Assembly (NCBI GenBank): GCA_050251945.1
Contig: JBFWLW010000005.1
Span: forward strand, 1-64,000
From: Deferribacterales bacterium
GTDB taxonomy: Bacteria > Chrysiogenota > Deferribacteres > Deferribacterales > Geovibrionaceae
DNA length: 64,000 nucleotides
Reading direction: 5' to 3'
Part shown: positions 10,234 to 23,416 of the stretch, one piece after another
Numbering within the stretch: the first letter of the stretch is position 1
Layout: each line of letters starts with the position of its first letter
Position numbers and translations under genes: made by a program
Notes under the pieces: generated by a model
Told to the model about the DNA's origin: nothing
Databases searched by the model: none
The model's input: only the letters and a program-made list of their open reading frames with translations

Positions 10234-10802
10234 TGTATCCGTTTTTGCATGAAGAGGCGGTAAGGTTTCAGACGCCGTCCGTTGAACCGGACGTGGGCGG
10301 GTTTCTGGAGACATTCACCATGGCGCTGAGACCGGAGAGCATACTTGAGATAGGCTGCGGGATAGGCGTTTCAAGCTATTATATGGCGAAAGGGTCGGGC
10401 GGAGCCAAGATGACCTGCATAGACCGCAACGAAATGAGACTGGAACAGGCAAGGCGCATCTGTGCGGAGTTTCCGGACACAAATTTCATAAATGCCGACG
10501 GAGTTGAGTTCATGCGGGACTGCAATGAGAGTTTCGACATGATATTCATCGACTCCATGAAAAGGCAGTACCCCATAGCTTACTATTATGCCGAAAAACT
10601 GCTCAAAGACGGCGGATTCATCGTTCTGGACGATATGTTCATGTACGGACACGTTTTTGATGCAGACTGTGAGATACCAAAGCGCTACGCGGGGGCGACA
10701 ACAGCTCTGCGCGAACTGATAGCGCATATAAAGAATACGACAGTTTGCAGCGTTCTTCCCCTTACAGGCGGGGTTGTCGTTGCGGCGAAGAGGAAAGGAT
10801 GA
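10233..10802 (+). CDS. O-methyltransferase, TrmR/YrrM-like
   Basis: ILEIGCGIGVS SAM motif, FDMIFID, GGFIVLDD; coupled to a U32 peptidase gene. Confidence 0.75.
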   Translation: MYPFLHEEAVRFQTPSVEPDVGGFLETFTMALRPESILEIGCGIGVSSYYMAKGSGGAKMTCIDRNEMRLEQARRICAEFPDTNFINADGVEFMRDCNESFDMIFIDSMKRQYPIAYYYAEKLLKDGGFIVLDDMFMYGHVFDADCEIPKRYAGATTALRELIAHIKNTTVCSVLPLTGGVVVAAKRKG

Positions 10803-12004
10803 AAAAACCGGAACTGCTTGCTCCGGCAGGAAGTTTTGAAAAGATGCAGTCCGCTGTGCAGTACGGCGCCGACGCGGTTTATTTCGCGGGGAGCGGGTTC
10901 GGACTGCGCTCACGTGCAGGCAACTTTGATCCTGACGAGATGGACAGGGCGTTCGGCTTTCTCCGTGCCAACGGGAAAAAGGGCTATGTCACAGTCAACG
11001 CTTACCTGAAAAATAACGAATTCGACGGACTTAAAGAATATTTCGGTCAGCTTTCAGAGATAAAGCCTGATTCCGTAATTGTTTCAGACCCCGGTGTTTT
11101 CAGATACGCGAAGAAGTATGCTCCGAATGTGCCTATACACATCAGCACACAGGCGAACGTTACGAATCTTTCCGCCGTGGAGTTCTGGCACGAACTCGGA
11201 GCGGAAAGAGTCATTCTGGCGCGGGAGCTTTCCGGCGAAGAGATAAAGCATATATGTAAAAATACAAAATGCGAGGTGGAGGTTTTTGTCCACGGCGCCA
11301 TGTGCATATCAATGTCGGGCAGATGCCTCATCAGCAACTATATGACAGGAAGGGACGCGAACGCAGGCGACTGCGCCCAGTCCTGCCGGTGGAACTACGC
11401 ATTGGTGGAACAGAACCGCGATGGTCAGTATTACCCCGTTGAAGAGGATGAACGCGGCACATATTTCTATAACAGCAAGGATTTATGCCTTGTCGACCGC
11501 ATAGGCGAACTCGCGGATGCGGGGGTCACAAGCCTGAAAATTGAAGGGCGCATGAAGAGCGTCATGTACGTTTCCGTTGTGACGGGTGTGTACAGACAGG
11601 CTATCGACAGAATTGGCACAGGCGAATATATCGTAGATAAAAAATGGTTCAGGATGCTTTCCAGCGTGAGCCACAGGGAATACACCGAAGCCTTTTATGA
11701 AGGCGATGCAGACCACAAAACAATGAACTACGGCACGTCCGGCTATATAAGAGGATGCGAATACCTCGGGCAGGTGCTTGAACCTGTTGAGGGCGGCACT
11801 CTCATAGAGGCGAAGGCAAAATTCGCACCGAATGAGGCGGTCAGTGTGCTGACACCGGATATGGACGAAACGGACATCCTTACGGGAAAGATAACCGAAC
11901 CGAACGGCAATCCTGTGGAGTTTACAAAACCGGGCATCAAATGCATCCTGAAAGGAATCACTCTGCCCGCCGGAAGCATAATAAGACGATACGAGAAAGA
12001 ATAG
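10799..12004 (+). CDS. Peptidase U32 family protein, TrhP-like tRNA hydroxylation protein
   Basis: KPELLAPAG, HGAMCISMSGRC, CAQSCRW, LKIEGR; ATG at 10799. Confidence 0.85.
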   Translation: MKKPELLAPAGSFEKMQSAVQYGADAVYFAGSGFGLRSRAGNFDPDEMDRAFGFLRANGKKGYVTVNAYLKNNEFDGLKEYFGQLSEIKPDSVIVSDPGVFRYAKKYAPNVPIHISTQANVTNLSAVEFWHELGAERVILARELSGEEIKHICKNTKCEVEVFVHGAMCISMSGRCLISNYMTGRDANAGDCAQSCRWNYALVEQNRDGQYYPVEEDERGTYFYNSKDLCLVDRIGELADAGVTSLKIEGRMKSVMYVSVVTGVYRQAIDRIGTGEYIVDKKWFRMLSSVSHREYTEAFYEGDADHKTMNYGTSGYIRGCEYLGQVLEPVEGGTLIEAKAKFAPNEAVSVLTPDMDETDILTGKITEPNGNPVEFTKPGIKCILKGITLPAGSIIRRYEKE

Positions 12005-12071
12005 ACTGCCGCGTCAGCCTTCGGCTTCCTCGCAGAGACGTCTTCGCGAGGAGCTTGCGACGAAGCGATCT
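12003..12071. repeat. REP-like doublet (gtctctgcgag...gcagtct family)
   Basis: Two inverted units matching the 41001-41701 array unit. Confidence 0.8.
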
Positions 12072-12076
12072 CATAA

Positions 12077-14852
<2,776 letters not shown>

Positions 14853-14997
14853 CTATATTTCTGTCATAAACTTAACACAAAAAGGTTAAGTTATTAGCAT
14901 AATAATTAATTATCCTGTTTAATTAATCTGTAAACTTTGTTGTTGATAAATCCTTTGCGATATAATAGTGTTTTCTGAGCGTTATTGTGGAGGATTT

Positions 14998-16434
14998 ATG
15001 AAAAAAACTTTATTACTTTCGGCGCTGCTGATCACATCGGCATTTTCAGCCTTTGCAGGACACGTCGATACATATGGTATCGGCTCAAAGGCGACCTCGA
15101 TGGGCGGTGCAGTTGTAGCCGGTATCGACGATCCCTTCGCCGTTTATTACAACCCTGCGGCAATGTCAAACATTAAACAGCCGATGCTCTCTGTGGGTAC
15201 CCACCTTGTGGATCCGCATCTTACAATTAAACAATACAGGGTAAACACATCAGGAACCCTTGCAGACGATTCGTTCGGTGCTGACGGCATCAAAGATGAA
15301 GCCGATCTGCTTATCGTACCCCACATGGGTTACGTTTACCCCATCAACGACAAACTGACGTTCGGCGTGGCTTTCTACGTTCCCTACGGTCTCGACCTGA
15401 AATGGAACGCGGACGAGAACGAAAACCCCGCTGCTTATAACACATATCACTCATGGTATATGAGAGAAGTTGTAACTCCATCTCTTTCTTACAAAGTGAA
15501 CGATAAACTTTCTATCGGTGCGGGAATCTCCATCGGCAAGGCGAAAGCAGGCAACGAAAGAAAAAGATACGTTCCCGAAAAGATGAAGAACTCAACTTAT
15601 ATGGCTGGCGTTGCACAGGCCAACGGTGTTTCCGCGACTGATGCACCCGCTGTGGGTGCTGCTCTTGCGGCGGCATACACGGAGCTTGACGGTGCTGACA
15701 TTGACATGGAATATGAAGACAACTTCAACTGGTCATACAACCTGGGCGTTCTTTACAAATTCACAGATAAGCTCACCGGCGGTATAACTTATCGCAGTTA
15801 TTCAAACATTGATCTTGAAGGCGATGCGGAAGTCACCCCCGAAATGGCATACTGGAAAAACGAAAGTCTGGATTCCAATACGGCAGTGGATACACCCGAT
15901 TCAATCCAGTTCGGTCTTGAATACAAAATTACCCCCAAGTTTAAAGTGGAAGCGGACATAGTGCGCACCTTCTGGAGCCGCATCGGTTCTTACACAGTGT
16001 ATATGGACGACTACCTGCTCCAGTCAGAGCTTGACGCCACGCTTATCCCCGGTGCAAACGAAGAACACTTTGAAAGGAACTGGAAAGATACATGGCAGTA
16101 CAGGGTTGGCGCAGAGTATCTGCTTAATGATACTGTCGCTCTGAGAGCGGGCTACTATTATGATCCCACAGTTGTTCCCGAAGATACTTTTGACGTTCTC
16201 TGGCCTGATTCCGACAAGCACGTCTTCTCCGGCGGTGTCGGTCTCAACTTTGGTCAGGTGTCTGTGGACACTGTTGTTCAGTATATTCTGGTTAAAGAGG
16301 TCACAATAGACTCAGGTTCTTCCGAGAACCTTGACGACAGCTATTCCAGACCCGGTATGCACGATGCGGATGTTTCCGCAATTGCAGGCGGACACATCTG
16401 GAGTTTCGGTGTAACTGTTTCTTATAAGTTCTGA
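14998..16434 (+). CDS. OmpP1/FadL family outer-membrane transporter
   Basis: Signal peptide, YYNPAAM hatch motif, C-terminal YKF. Confidence 0.88.
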   Translation: MKKTLLLSALLITSAFSAFAGHVDTYGIGSKATSMGGAVVAGIDDPFAVYYNPAAMSNIKQPMLSVGTHLVDPHLTIKQYRVNTSGTLADDSFGADGIKDEADLLIVPHMGYVYPINDKLTFGVAFYVPYGLDLKWNADENENPAAYNTYHSWYMREVVTPSLSYKVNDKLSIGAGISIGKAKAGNERKRYVPEKMKNSTYMAGVAQANGVSATDAPAVGAALAAAYTELDGADIDMEYEDNFNWSYNLGVLYKFTDKLTGGITYRSYSNIDLEGDAEVTPEMAYWKNESLDSNTAVDTPDSIQFGLEYKITPKFKVEADIVRTFWSRIGSYTVYMDDYLLQSELDATLIPGANEEHFERNWKDTWQYRVGAEYLLNDTVALRAGYYYDPTVVPEDTFDVLWPDSDKHVFSGGVGLNFGQVSVDTVVQYILVKEVTIDSGSSENLDDSYSRPGMHDADVSAIAGGHIWSFGVTVSYKF

Positions 16435-16442
16435 TAAATTAC

Positions 16443-16514
16443 AGACTGCCGCGGGCTATGCCCTCGCAGAGACATACAAAAGTCTTCGCGGGGAGCGTAG
16501 CGGCGCGGCGATCT
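16443..16514. repeat. REP-like doublet
   Basis: agactgccgcgggctatgccctcgcagagac...gtcttcgcgggg...gcgatct. Confidence 0.75.
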
Positions 16515-16592
16515 GAATTTCTGTTTTCTCTTTTCTTTGGCAATCAAATCCAGTATCATAATCGCAAAAATGAACGGGAGACAGGTAGCTCT

Positions 16593-17432
16593 ATGCTGTC
16601 AAGAAGGGACCTTTTAAGGATATCCTGCATCGCTGCACTTTCAGCTTCGCCTGCCGTGGCTTTCGGCGAAGTTCTGCATAAATTCAACGCCGAACCTGAG
16701 GTGAAGGACAGTCTGTTTTTCAGCAGGGATTATTTCCGCAAGATAAAGGATTTTGACCGCAGTTTCCCTGACGATTTCATGGCGTCTGCGGAGGAACTCT
16801 CACATATCCGTGCCTGCCACGCCAAAATCCGTTCAGTTATGAACTACGTCGGCTATGCGAACTTCAACATCCTGAACTATGATGAAATGCTTAAGACAAT
16901 GGGGCGGATATCAAAGCTTCAGGGGCTTAACGCGAAAGAACAGAAATATGTTGAGGAGCTTTTCTCCAGAGATGCTGCCGTATACGGCTTTTTCGGCGAA
17001 AAAGTTATGACCTCGCTCACGGACAATATAGACCGAAGCGAGATAGTCAAAATACCGAGAACAGGTCATTACATATATAAGGAAGCGGTTTCCACCCACA
17101 ACAAGATAATGAAAGATATGCGGAGCCTGACGCTGACCTCCGGAATACGCGGCATTGTGAAACAGCTCTATCTGTTTCTCAACAAAGCCGTTCAGACCAG
17201 AGGCAATCTTTCTATGGCTTCACGTTCCCTTGCACCTGTGGGCTATTCGTTCCATGGGGTCGGCGATTTCGACGTGGGTATCAGAAACTGGGGTGCGGAT
17301 AACTTTACCGACCGTTTTGCCACCACAAAAGAATACGCAAGCCTTATACACGGCGGATATATGCGCATACGCTACGACGAAAAGAATCCTTACGGCGTGC
17401 GGTTTGAACCGTGGCATGTGAAAGTGGTCTGA
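16593..17432 (+). CDS. M15B/VanY-like D-Ala-D-Ala carboxypeptidase with twin-arginine signal
   Basis: MLSRRDLL, SGIR, APVGYSFHGVGDFD, EPWH. Confidence 0.8.
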   Translation: MLSRRDLLRISCIAALSASPAVAFGEVLHKFNAEPEVKDSLFFSRDYFRKIKDFDRSFPDDFMASAEELSHIRACHAKIRSVMNYVGYANFNILNYDEMLKTMGRISKLQGLNAKEQKYVEELFSRDAAVYGFFGEKVMTSLTDNIDRSEIVKIPRTGHYIYKEAVSTHNKIMKDMRSLTLTSGIRGIVKQLYLFLNKAVQTRGNLSMASRSLAPVGYSFHGVGDFDVGIRNWGADNFTDRFATTKEYASLIHGGYMRIRYDEKNPYGVRFEPWHVKVV

Positions 17433-18703
17433 TGTCGGGATATTTCAAAACGCTTGAGCGGCATGTGCTGTCGTTCTTTCAGCGTCTTACACTCAGCTAC
17501 AGCTATTATATAAGCAACGAACTGCGCAACCACGCGGCGGCGGCGGCATATTATATGCTTTTGTCGCTGATTCCGCTGGTGCTGTTTCTTTTTTACATAT
17601 TCGACACCTTTTTGTCGAAATATCCGAACTTTTCCGAGGAACTGTTCTATCTGCTCTATACGTTCAATGAAAACATATCGCCTAAGATGTTTCGTGATCT
17701 TGGCATATCAGGCAGTGCCGGGAGCGCTATCGGTATTTTTGGTTTGCTGAACCTTGTGTGGTCGAGCAGGTTAATACTGGTCTCCATCCAGCGGGCGTTC
17801 TTTGTGATATTCCCCTCTGAGAGCAAGCGCAATTTCGTTATGGAGAATTTTATTGCATTCATAATACTTCCGGTTGTGTTTGCTCTGGTGCTTCTGCTTG
17901 CTGTTTTCAGCGGTCTGAAAGGACTTATTATAGAGTATCTTACGTTTTTCAATATGACCGGCACTCTTGTCGTTCAGGGTATTTCGATAGCGTCGAGCGT
18001 TGTGGCTGTCATGATGAGTTTTCTGCTTGTGTTTGCCAGCTTTAAGTATATCCCTGTGAAAAAACCGGATAACAAAAGCGCCGCAAAGGGTGCGGTGCTG
18101 TTCATAGTGCTTTACGGCGCTGTTAAATTCGCCGCTTTCGGGATGTTTCATCTGTTCAGCGTCAGCACGGCATACGGCATCGTCGGGTCGGTTATAGTCA
18201 TACTTGTATGGGCATATTTCGTTTTCATGATATATCTTTACTGCGCGCAGTTCGTGTTTGTCTGCTATCGTGCGGATATACTTATTCTGAATAAGCTGTT
18301 TTCATATGAAAAACCTTCGCCTCTGTTCATGCGGATGAACGGTCATCTGCTTTCAAAGTTCACCAGAAGACTCAAAAGCGGCGAGACGCTTTTTCATGAA
18401 GGTGACAAAAGCTACGACGTATATTATATAAAGGACGGGCGCATGCGCATCATCATAGACGGCAGGCAGGTAGGCACCGTCGGAGACGGCGAGATATTCG
18501 GCGAGATGGCGCATATAACTCAGGAGGTGCGCAGTGCAACTTTGCAGGCGGACTGCGACACGGAACTTCTGATCCTTTCTCCCTATGAGTTTGACGAGAT
18601 TATGAAGGACAGCTACGTACTGTCCCGCCGTGTGATGTCGACGCTTTGCGGAAGGCTGAAACAGACCGATGCCGCTTTGAGCAGGCTTAGTACGGAAGAA
18701 TAA
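17432..18703 (+). CDS. YihY/BrkB family membrane protein fused to a cyclic-nucleotide-binding domain
   Basis: HAAAAAYYMLLSLIP, about 6 TM; C-terminal LFHEGD...GEIFGEMA...RSAT. Confidence 0.8.
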   Translation: MSGYFKTLERHVLSFFQRLTLSYSYYISNELRNHAAAAAYYMLLSLIPLVLFLFYIFDTFLSKYPNFSEELFYLLYTFNENISPKMFRDLGISGSAGSAIGIFGLLNLVWSSRLILVSIQRAFFVIFPSESKRNFVMENFIAFIILPVVFALVLLLAVFSGLKGLIIEYLTFFNMTGTLVVQGISIASSVVAVMMSFLLVFASFKYIPVKKPDNKSAAKGAVLFIVLYGAVKFAAFGMFHLFSVSTAYGIVGSVIVILVWAYFVFMIYLYCAQFVFVCYRADILILNKLFSYEKPSPLFMRMNGHLLSKFTRRLKSGETLFHEGDKSYDVYYIKDGRMRIIIDGRQVGTVGDGEIFGEMAHITQEVRSATLQADCDTELLILSPYEFDEIMKDSYVLSRRVMSTLCGRLKQTDAALSRLSTEE

Positions 18704-18738
18704 TCATATATAAATGACCATCCGGCAGTAAAAATTCA

Positions 18739-18767
18739 TTGACAGAGAGGGGTGTTTCACCTATAAA
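18739..18767 (+). promoter_or_regulatory. Sigma70-type promoter of ffh operon
   Basis: TTGACA-17 nt-TATAAA. Confidence 0.65.
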
Positions 18768-18808
18768 CTTTAGTTCACCCTTATAACGTCCTAGAGGTGC
18801 GCTTAAAA

Positions 18809-20161
18809 ATGTTTGCTACTTTGAACGACAAGCTCAACGGTGTATTCAAGAAGCTCAAGAAGCAGGTACGTCTTGATGAAAGCAATATACATGAAGCACT
18901 TAAGATGGTGCGAATGGCTCTGCTGGAGGCGGATGTCAACTATAAGGTCGTAAAAAACTTTATAGGAAGCGTTCAGGCGAAGGCTTTGGGCGAAGAGGTC
19001 TTAAAGAGCCTCACTCCTGATCAGGTCTTCATTAAGATAGTGCACGACGAGCTGGTTGAGATACTTGGCGGAAAGGACTATGATGAGGGCAAGATAAGGC
19101 TGAACTCACAGCCGCCCACCGTTATCCTGATGGCGGGTCTTCAGGGTTCGGGTAAGACAACGTCCGCGGGCAAGCTCGCCGGACTTCTTATGAAGCAGAA
19201 AAGAAACGTTCTGCTTGTTGCGGGCGATATTTACCGTCCCGCGGCGATAGACCAGCTTGAAACTCTGGGTAAACAGCTTAATTGCGACGTTTACGCCGAC
19301 AAACAGAGCAAAGATGCAGTTAAAATTGCTTCGGACGCTCTTGCATATGCAAAAAAGACCGCGAAAGACGTGGTTATTATAGATACAGCCGGACGACTTC
19401 ACATTGATGAAGAGCTTATGGCGGAACTTGTCCGCACTAAAGAGGCTGTAACCCCCGACGAGATACTCTTCGTTGCGGATGCCATGACAGGTCAGGATGC
19501 TGTCAACGTTGCCAAAAGCTTTAACGAAAGCCTTGAAGCGACAGGTATAATCCTTACCAAAATGGATGGTGATGCACGAGGCGGAGCCGCGCTTTCCATT
19601 AAGGAAGTGACAGGTAAGCCCCTCAAGTTCATCGGTACTGGCGAGAAAATGGGCGAGTTTGAGGCGTTCTATCCGGACAGGATGGCGTCAAGAATACTCG
19701 GCATGGGCGATATCGTCACACTGGTCGAGAGAGCGCAGGAATCCATTGAGGACGGCGATGCGGAAGACATGGCCGAGAAGATGGCGAAATACGGTCTTGA
19801 TTTCGATGATATGCTCAAACAGTTCAAGATGATAAAGAAAATGGGCTCCCTTGAGAGCATCATGCGTATGATCCCCGGACTGAACAATGTTTCCATGGGT
19901 GACATGGACGATAAACAGTTCAAAAAGATCGAGGCTATAATCTTTTCCATGACACGTCATGAGCGAAGAAATGCAAAGATACTTAACTCCGGCAGGAGAA
20001 AAAGGATAGCAAAGGGCAGCGGAACCTCCGTTGCCGATGTTAATAGACTGGTCAATCAGCTTAATCAGATGAACAAGATGATGAAGCAGATGAAAAAGAA
20101 ACTGGGCGGCTCCAATAAGCTGAACCCTGCCATGATGAGAGATTTTCTCAAAATGAGATAA
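18809..20161 (+). CDS. ffh: Signal recognition particle protein Ffh
   Basis: GLQGSGKTT, DTAGR, TKMDGDARGG, Met-rich M domain. Confidence 0.97.
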   Translation: MFATLNDKLNGVFKKLKKQVRLDESNIHEALKMVRMALLEADVNYKVVKNFIGSVQAKALGEEVLKSLTPDQVFIKIVHDELVEILGGKDYDEGKIRLNSQPPTVILMAGLQGSGKTTSAGKLAGLLMKQKRNVLLVAGDIYRPAAIDQLETLGKQLNCDVYADKQSKDAVKIASDALAYAKKTAKDVVIIDTAGRLHIDEELMAELVRTKEAVTPDEILFVADAMTGQDAVNVAKSFNESLEATGIILTKMDGDARGGAALSIKEVTGKPLKFIGTGEKMGEFEAFYPDRMASRILGMGDIVTLVERAQESIEDGDAEDMAEKMAKYGLDFDDMLKQFKMIKKMGSLESIMRMIPGLNNVSMGDMDDKQFKKIEAIIFSMTRHERRNAKILNSGRRKRIAKGSGTSVADVNRLVNQLNQMNKMMKQMKKKLGGSNKLNPAMMRDFLKMR

Positions 20162-20195
20162 CAATAATATAAGTACAAAAGTGAGGTACATTTAA

Positions 20196-20459
20196 GTGGC
20201 TACCAGAATCAGACTTGTAAGACTTGGACGCAAAAAAAGACCCTTCTACAGAATCGTTGTATGCGATGCTCAGGAGAGACGCAACGGTAACTTCATCGAG
20301 ATCCTCGGCTATTACAACCCTATGCCCGCAGAGGCAGAAGTGAAAATAGACACCGAAAAAGCTCTGGATTGGCTGAAAAAAGGCGCACAGCCTTCTGACA
20401 CAGTGAAAAACCTGCTGTCTAAACAAGGCGTTATCGCTGAGTACGCAGCATCCAAATAA
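20196..20459 (+). CDS. rpsP: 30S ribosomal protein S16
   Basis: [22 protein letters not shown]. Confidence 0.97.
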   Translation: MATRIRLVRLGRKKRPFYRIVVCDAQERRNGNFIEILGYYNPMPAEAEVKIDTEKALDWLKKGAQPSDTVKNLLSKQGVIAEYAASK

Positions 20460-20483
20460 GCACCGATAATTACGAGGTGAACC

Positions 20484-20714
20484 ATGAAAGAGCTTGTTGA
20501 ATTCATCGTAAAGTCTCTGGTTGACAAACCCGAGGCAGTGGAGCTTAAAGAGGTTGAAGGCGAAAAGGCTGCCATCCTCGAACTCAGGGTGGATTCCGCC
20601 GACCTCGGAAAGGTCATCGGCAAACAGGGACGCACCGCAAAGGCTATCAGAACGATAATCAATGCTTCGGGCGTTAAAAACGGAAAGAAAGTCGTTCTGG
20701 AAATTCTGGACTGA
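20484..20714 (+). CDS. khpA: KH-domain RNA-binding protein KhpA
   Basis: DLGKVIGKQGRTAKAIR; conserved position after rpsP. Confidence 0.92.
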   Translation: MKELVEFIVKSLVDKPEAVELKEVEGEKAAILELRVDSADLGKVIGKQGRTAKAIRTIINASGVKNGKKVVLEILD

Positions 20715-20759
20715 TTTTCCCATTTGCAGAGGAGATAAAGATTCCCTGCGGCGTGGTTC

Positions 20760-21269
20760 ATGAAATTTATAAAGATAGGGAAACTTGTTAACACACACGG
20801 ACTGGACGGGCTTCTTTTGATGCAGGTCACCACGGAAAGCCCCGAAGTTCTGGAAGAGATGCAGTACATGATGCTTTCAAAAGACGGCAAAGTGAAGGCG
20901 TCTCTCGAAGTTGAGTATATGAAGGACTACAAGGGCATGCTTCTTGTGGGCTTCAAAGGGGTGGAGGATATAGACTCCGCTCTGAAATATAAGGGGCTGG
21001 ACGTTGTTCTCCCCGAAGAGATGCTCCCCGAGCTTGATGACGAAATATACTGGCACGAGCTTGAAGGGTGTACGGTGTTAGACACTGACGGAAATACGGT
21101 CGGAACGCTCATCGACTATATGGAGGCTGGAGCCTCTGAGGTTTTCAGAATTCAGGGCGACGGCGAAACCTACCTGATTTCCAATAATAAGGACCACGTT
21201 ACAGAGATAAACGTGAAAGAGAAAAAACTGGTGATCAACAGAGAGGGCTTGATAAGTGAAAACGTTTAA
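20760..21269 (+). CDS. rimM: Ribosome maturation factor RimM
   Basis: IGKLVNTHGLDG, YWHELEG; synteny. Confidence 0.92.
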   Translation: MKFIKIGKLVNTHGLDGLLLMQVTTESPEVLEEMQYMMLSKDGKVKASLEVEYMKDYKGMLLVGFKGVEDIDSALKYKGLDVVLPEEMLPELDDEIYWHELEGCTVLDTDGNTVGTLIDYMEAGASEVFRIQGDGETYLISNNKDHVTEINVKEKKLVINREGLISENV

Positions 21270-22533
21270 TATCCTTACGATATTTCCGGAGATGTTCACA
21301 ACGCCTTTCTCGCAGGGTGTTCTGTCTAAGGCGGCGGATTCAGGCTTCTTTGCCATAAACCCCGTTGATATAAGAAGCTATACCACGGACAAACACAGAC
21401 TCACCGATGATTATCAGTACGGCGGCGGACAGGGACTTGTAATGAAGCCGGAACCTATCGTTTCCGCTGTCAGAGATCTGAAACAAAAAGATGGCGATAC
21501 CCACGTCATACTCATGGACCCGAGGGGAAAGAAATTTACCCAGAAGGACGCCGAAAGGCTTCGCGAGTATGATAGCCTCACATTCATCTGCGGACGATAT
21601 GAAGGAGTGGATGAACGGGTAGTCGGTCTTTGCGTTGACGAGTCGCTCTCGCTGGGCGATTTTGTTCTGACAGGCGGCGAATTTGCCTCAATGGTCATGA
21701 TAGATTCCATCGCAAGGCTTCTGCCGGGCGTTCTGGGTGATGAAAACTCGCCTCTGGAGGACTCTCACACCTCCGGAATGTTGGAGTATCCCCACTACAC
21801 TAGGCCACAGGAGTTTGACGGTCAGTCGGTTCCCGAAATCCTTCTATCGGGACACCACGCGGAGATTGAAAAATGGAGACGACAGAAATCCATCGAGATA
21901 ACCGCGAAGAACAGACCGGATATGCTCAAAAATGCGGAATTAAGTGCCGAAGATAAAAAATATCTTGACATGATCGCATTAAAAAAGAAAATATACGTCG
22001 CCCTTCTGCACTACCCTATGAAGGACAAGGAGAAGACAAACGTTGCTACGTCCATTACCAACATGGATCTGCACGACATCTCCAGAAGCTGCACAACGTA
22101 TGACGTAAAAAAATACTTCGTTGTGACACCCCTTCAGGCTCAGCGTGAGATAGCCTCAAGAGTTATCGACCACTGGCTTAACGGTTACGGTGCAACTTAC
22201 AATGTCAACCGCAAGGAGGCTTTTGAAAGGACCCGACTTTCGGAAGGACTTCTTGATGTTATAGCAGAGATCGAAGAGCTCGAAGGAGAGCGTCCGGTGG
22301 TTATAGCCACCACGGCGCGCGATTCCAGAGCGAACATCGATTTTGAAGAAACGGCGAGGCTCTCAGAAGATAAACCGTGCCTGATTATTTTCGGCACAGG
22401 CTGGGGCTTTACTGAAGATGTTTTTAAAATGTCGGACAGGGTGCTTAAACCCATAAAGGGGGTCGGACCTTTCAACCACCTTTCGGTCAGAAGCGCCGTG
22501 GCCATAATACTTGACAGGATACATAGTTTTTAG
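21256..22533 (+). CDS. trmD: tRNA (guanine37-N1)-methyltransferase TrmD fused to a second SPOUT (Tm1570-like) domain
   Basis: CGRYEGVDER, GDFVLTGGE, SGHHAEI; from about 21990 YVALLHYP...HDISRS...FGTGWG...NHLSVRSA. Confidence 0.93.
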   Translation: MKTFNILTIFPEMFTTPFSQGVLSKAADSGFFAINPVDIRSYTTDKHRLTDDYQYGGGQGLVMKPEPIVSAVRDLKQKDGDTHVILMDPRGKKFTQKDAERLREYDSLTFICGRYEGVDERVVGLCVDESLSLGDFVLTGGEFASMVMIDSIARLLPGVLGDENSPLEDSHTSGMLEYPHYTRPQEFDGQSVPEILLSGHHAEIEKWRRQKSIEITAKNRPDMLKNAELSAEDKKYLDMIALKKKIYVALLHYPMKDKEKTNVATSITNMDLHDISRSCTTYDVKKYFVVTPLQAQREIASRVIDHWLNGYGATYNVNRKEAFERTRLSEGLLDVIAEIEELEGERPVVIATTARDSRANIDFEETARLSEDKPCLIIFGTGWGFTEDVFKMSDRVLKPIKGVGPFNHLSVRSAVAIILDRIHSF

Positions 22534-22544
22534 GAGGCTCATCT

Positions 22545-22904
22545 ATGAAAAATAAACTTATCGCTTCTGTTGAGGCGATGTTTAAAACTGAAAAAGAAAC
22601 GCCTGCTTTCCGCGCCGGAGATGTAGTGAGAGTTTACTTCCGCATTATCGAAGGCAACAAAGAGCGTATTCAGGCATATGAAGGTCTTGTTATCAAGATA
22701 CACAGAAACAGCACCAACTCAACCTTCACCGTCAGAAAGATGGTGGGCGACATAGGCGTTGAAAGAACTTTCCCCTATTGTTCACCCCGTATAGACAAGG
22801 TTGAACTCATCAGAACCGGTAAGGTCCGTCAGGCCAGACTGTTCTACATGAGAGACCTGCGCGGTAAAGCTGCGAGAATTAAAGAAAGAAGGAAAGGTCT
22901 TTAA
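22545..22904 (+). CDS. rplS: 50S ribosomal protein L19
   Basis: EGNKERIQAYEG, GVERTFP, KVRQARLFY. Confidence 0.97.
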   Translation: MKNKLIASVEAMFKTEKETPAFRAGDVVRVYFRIIEGNKERIQAYEGLVIKIHRNSTNSTFTVRKMVGDIGVERTFPYCSPRIDKVELIRTGKVRQARLFYMRDLRGKAARIKERRKGL

Positions 22905-22976
22905 TTTAAAATCTGCTTGACACAAGCTCACAGATTAAATAAATTAAAAGGCTCACATTTTTGACGAGGTTTACAG

Positions 22977-23405
22977 ATGAAAAGCTATTGGGCAAAACCC
23001 GACGAAATAGAAAAGAAATGGTTCGTTCTCGACGCTAAAGGCAAAGTTCTTGGCCGTATGGCTACCGAGATCGCTATGACCCTTATGGGAAAAAAGAAAC
23101 CGATTTACACCCCCTCTATAGACACAGGCGACTTTGTTATCGTTATCAACGCTGACAAATTCATCGTCACAGGCGCTAAGATGGACGACAAAATGTACTA
23201 CAGACACTCCGGATACCTCGGCGGTCTTAAAGAAAGAACTCTTAAAGAGATGCTTGACAAGAAACCCGAAGATATCATCCGTCTGGCTGTTAAGAACATG
23301 CTTCCCAAAACTAAAATGGGCAGAGCTATGATCAGCAAACTTAAAATCTATACCGGTTCCGAGCATCCTCATGCTGCTCAGAATCCCGAAGTATTCGAGA
23401 TATAA
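22977..23405 (+). CDS. rplM: 50S ribosomal protein L13
   Basis: [25 protein letters not shown]. Confidence 0.97.
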   Translation: MKSYWAKPDEIEKKWFVLDAKGKVLGRMATEIAMTLMGKKKPIYTPSIDTGDFVIVINADKFIVTGAKMDDKMYYRHSGYLGGLKERTLKEMLDKKPEDIIRLAVKNMLPKTKMGRAMISKLKIYTGSEHPHAAQNPEVFEI

Positions 23406-23416
23406 GGAGACTATTG

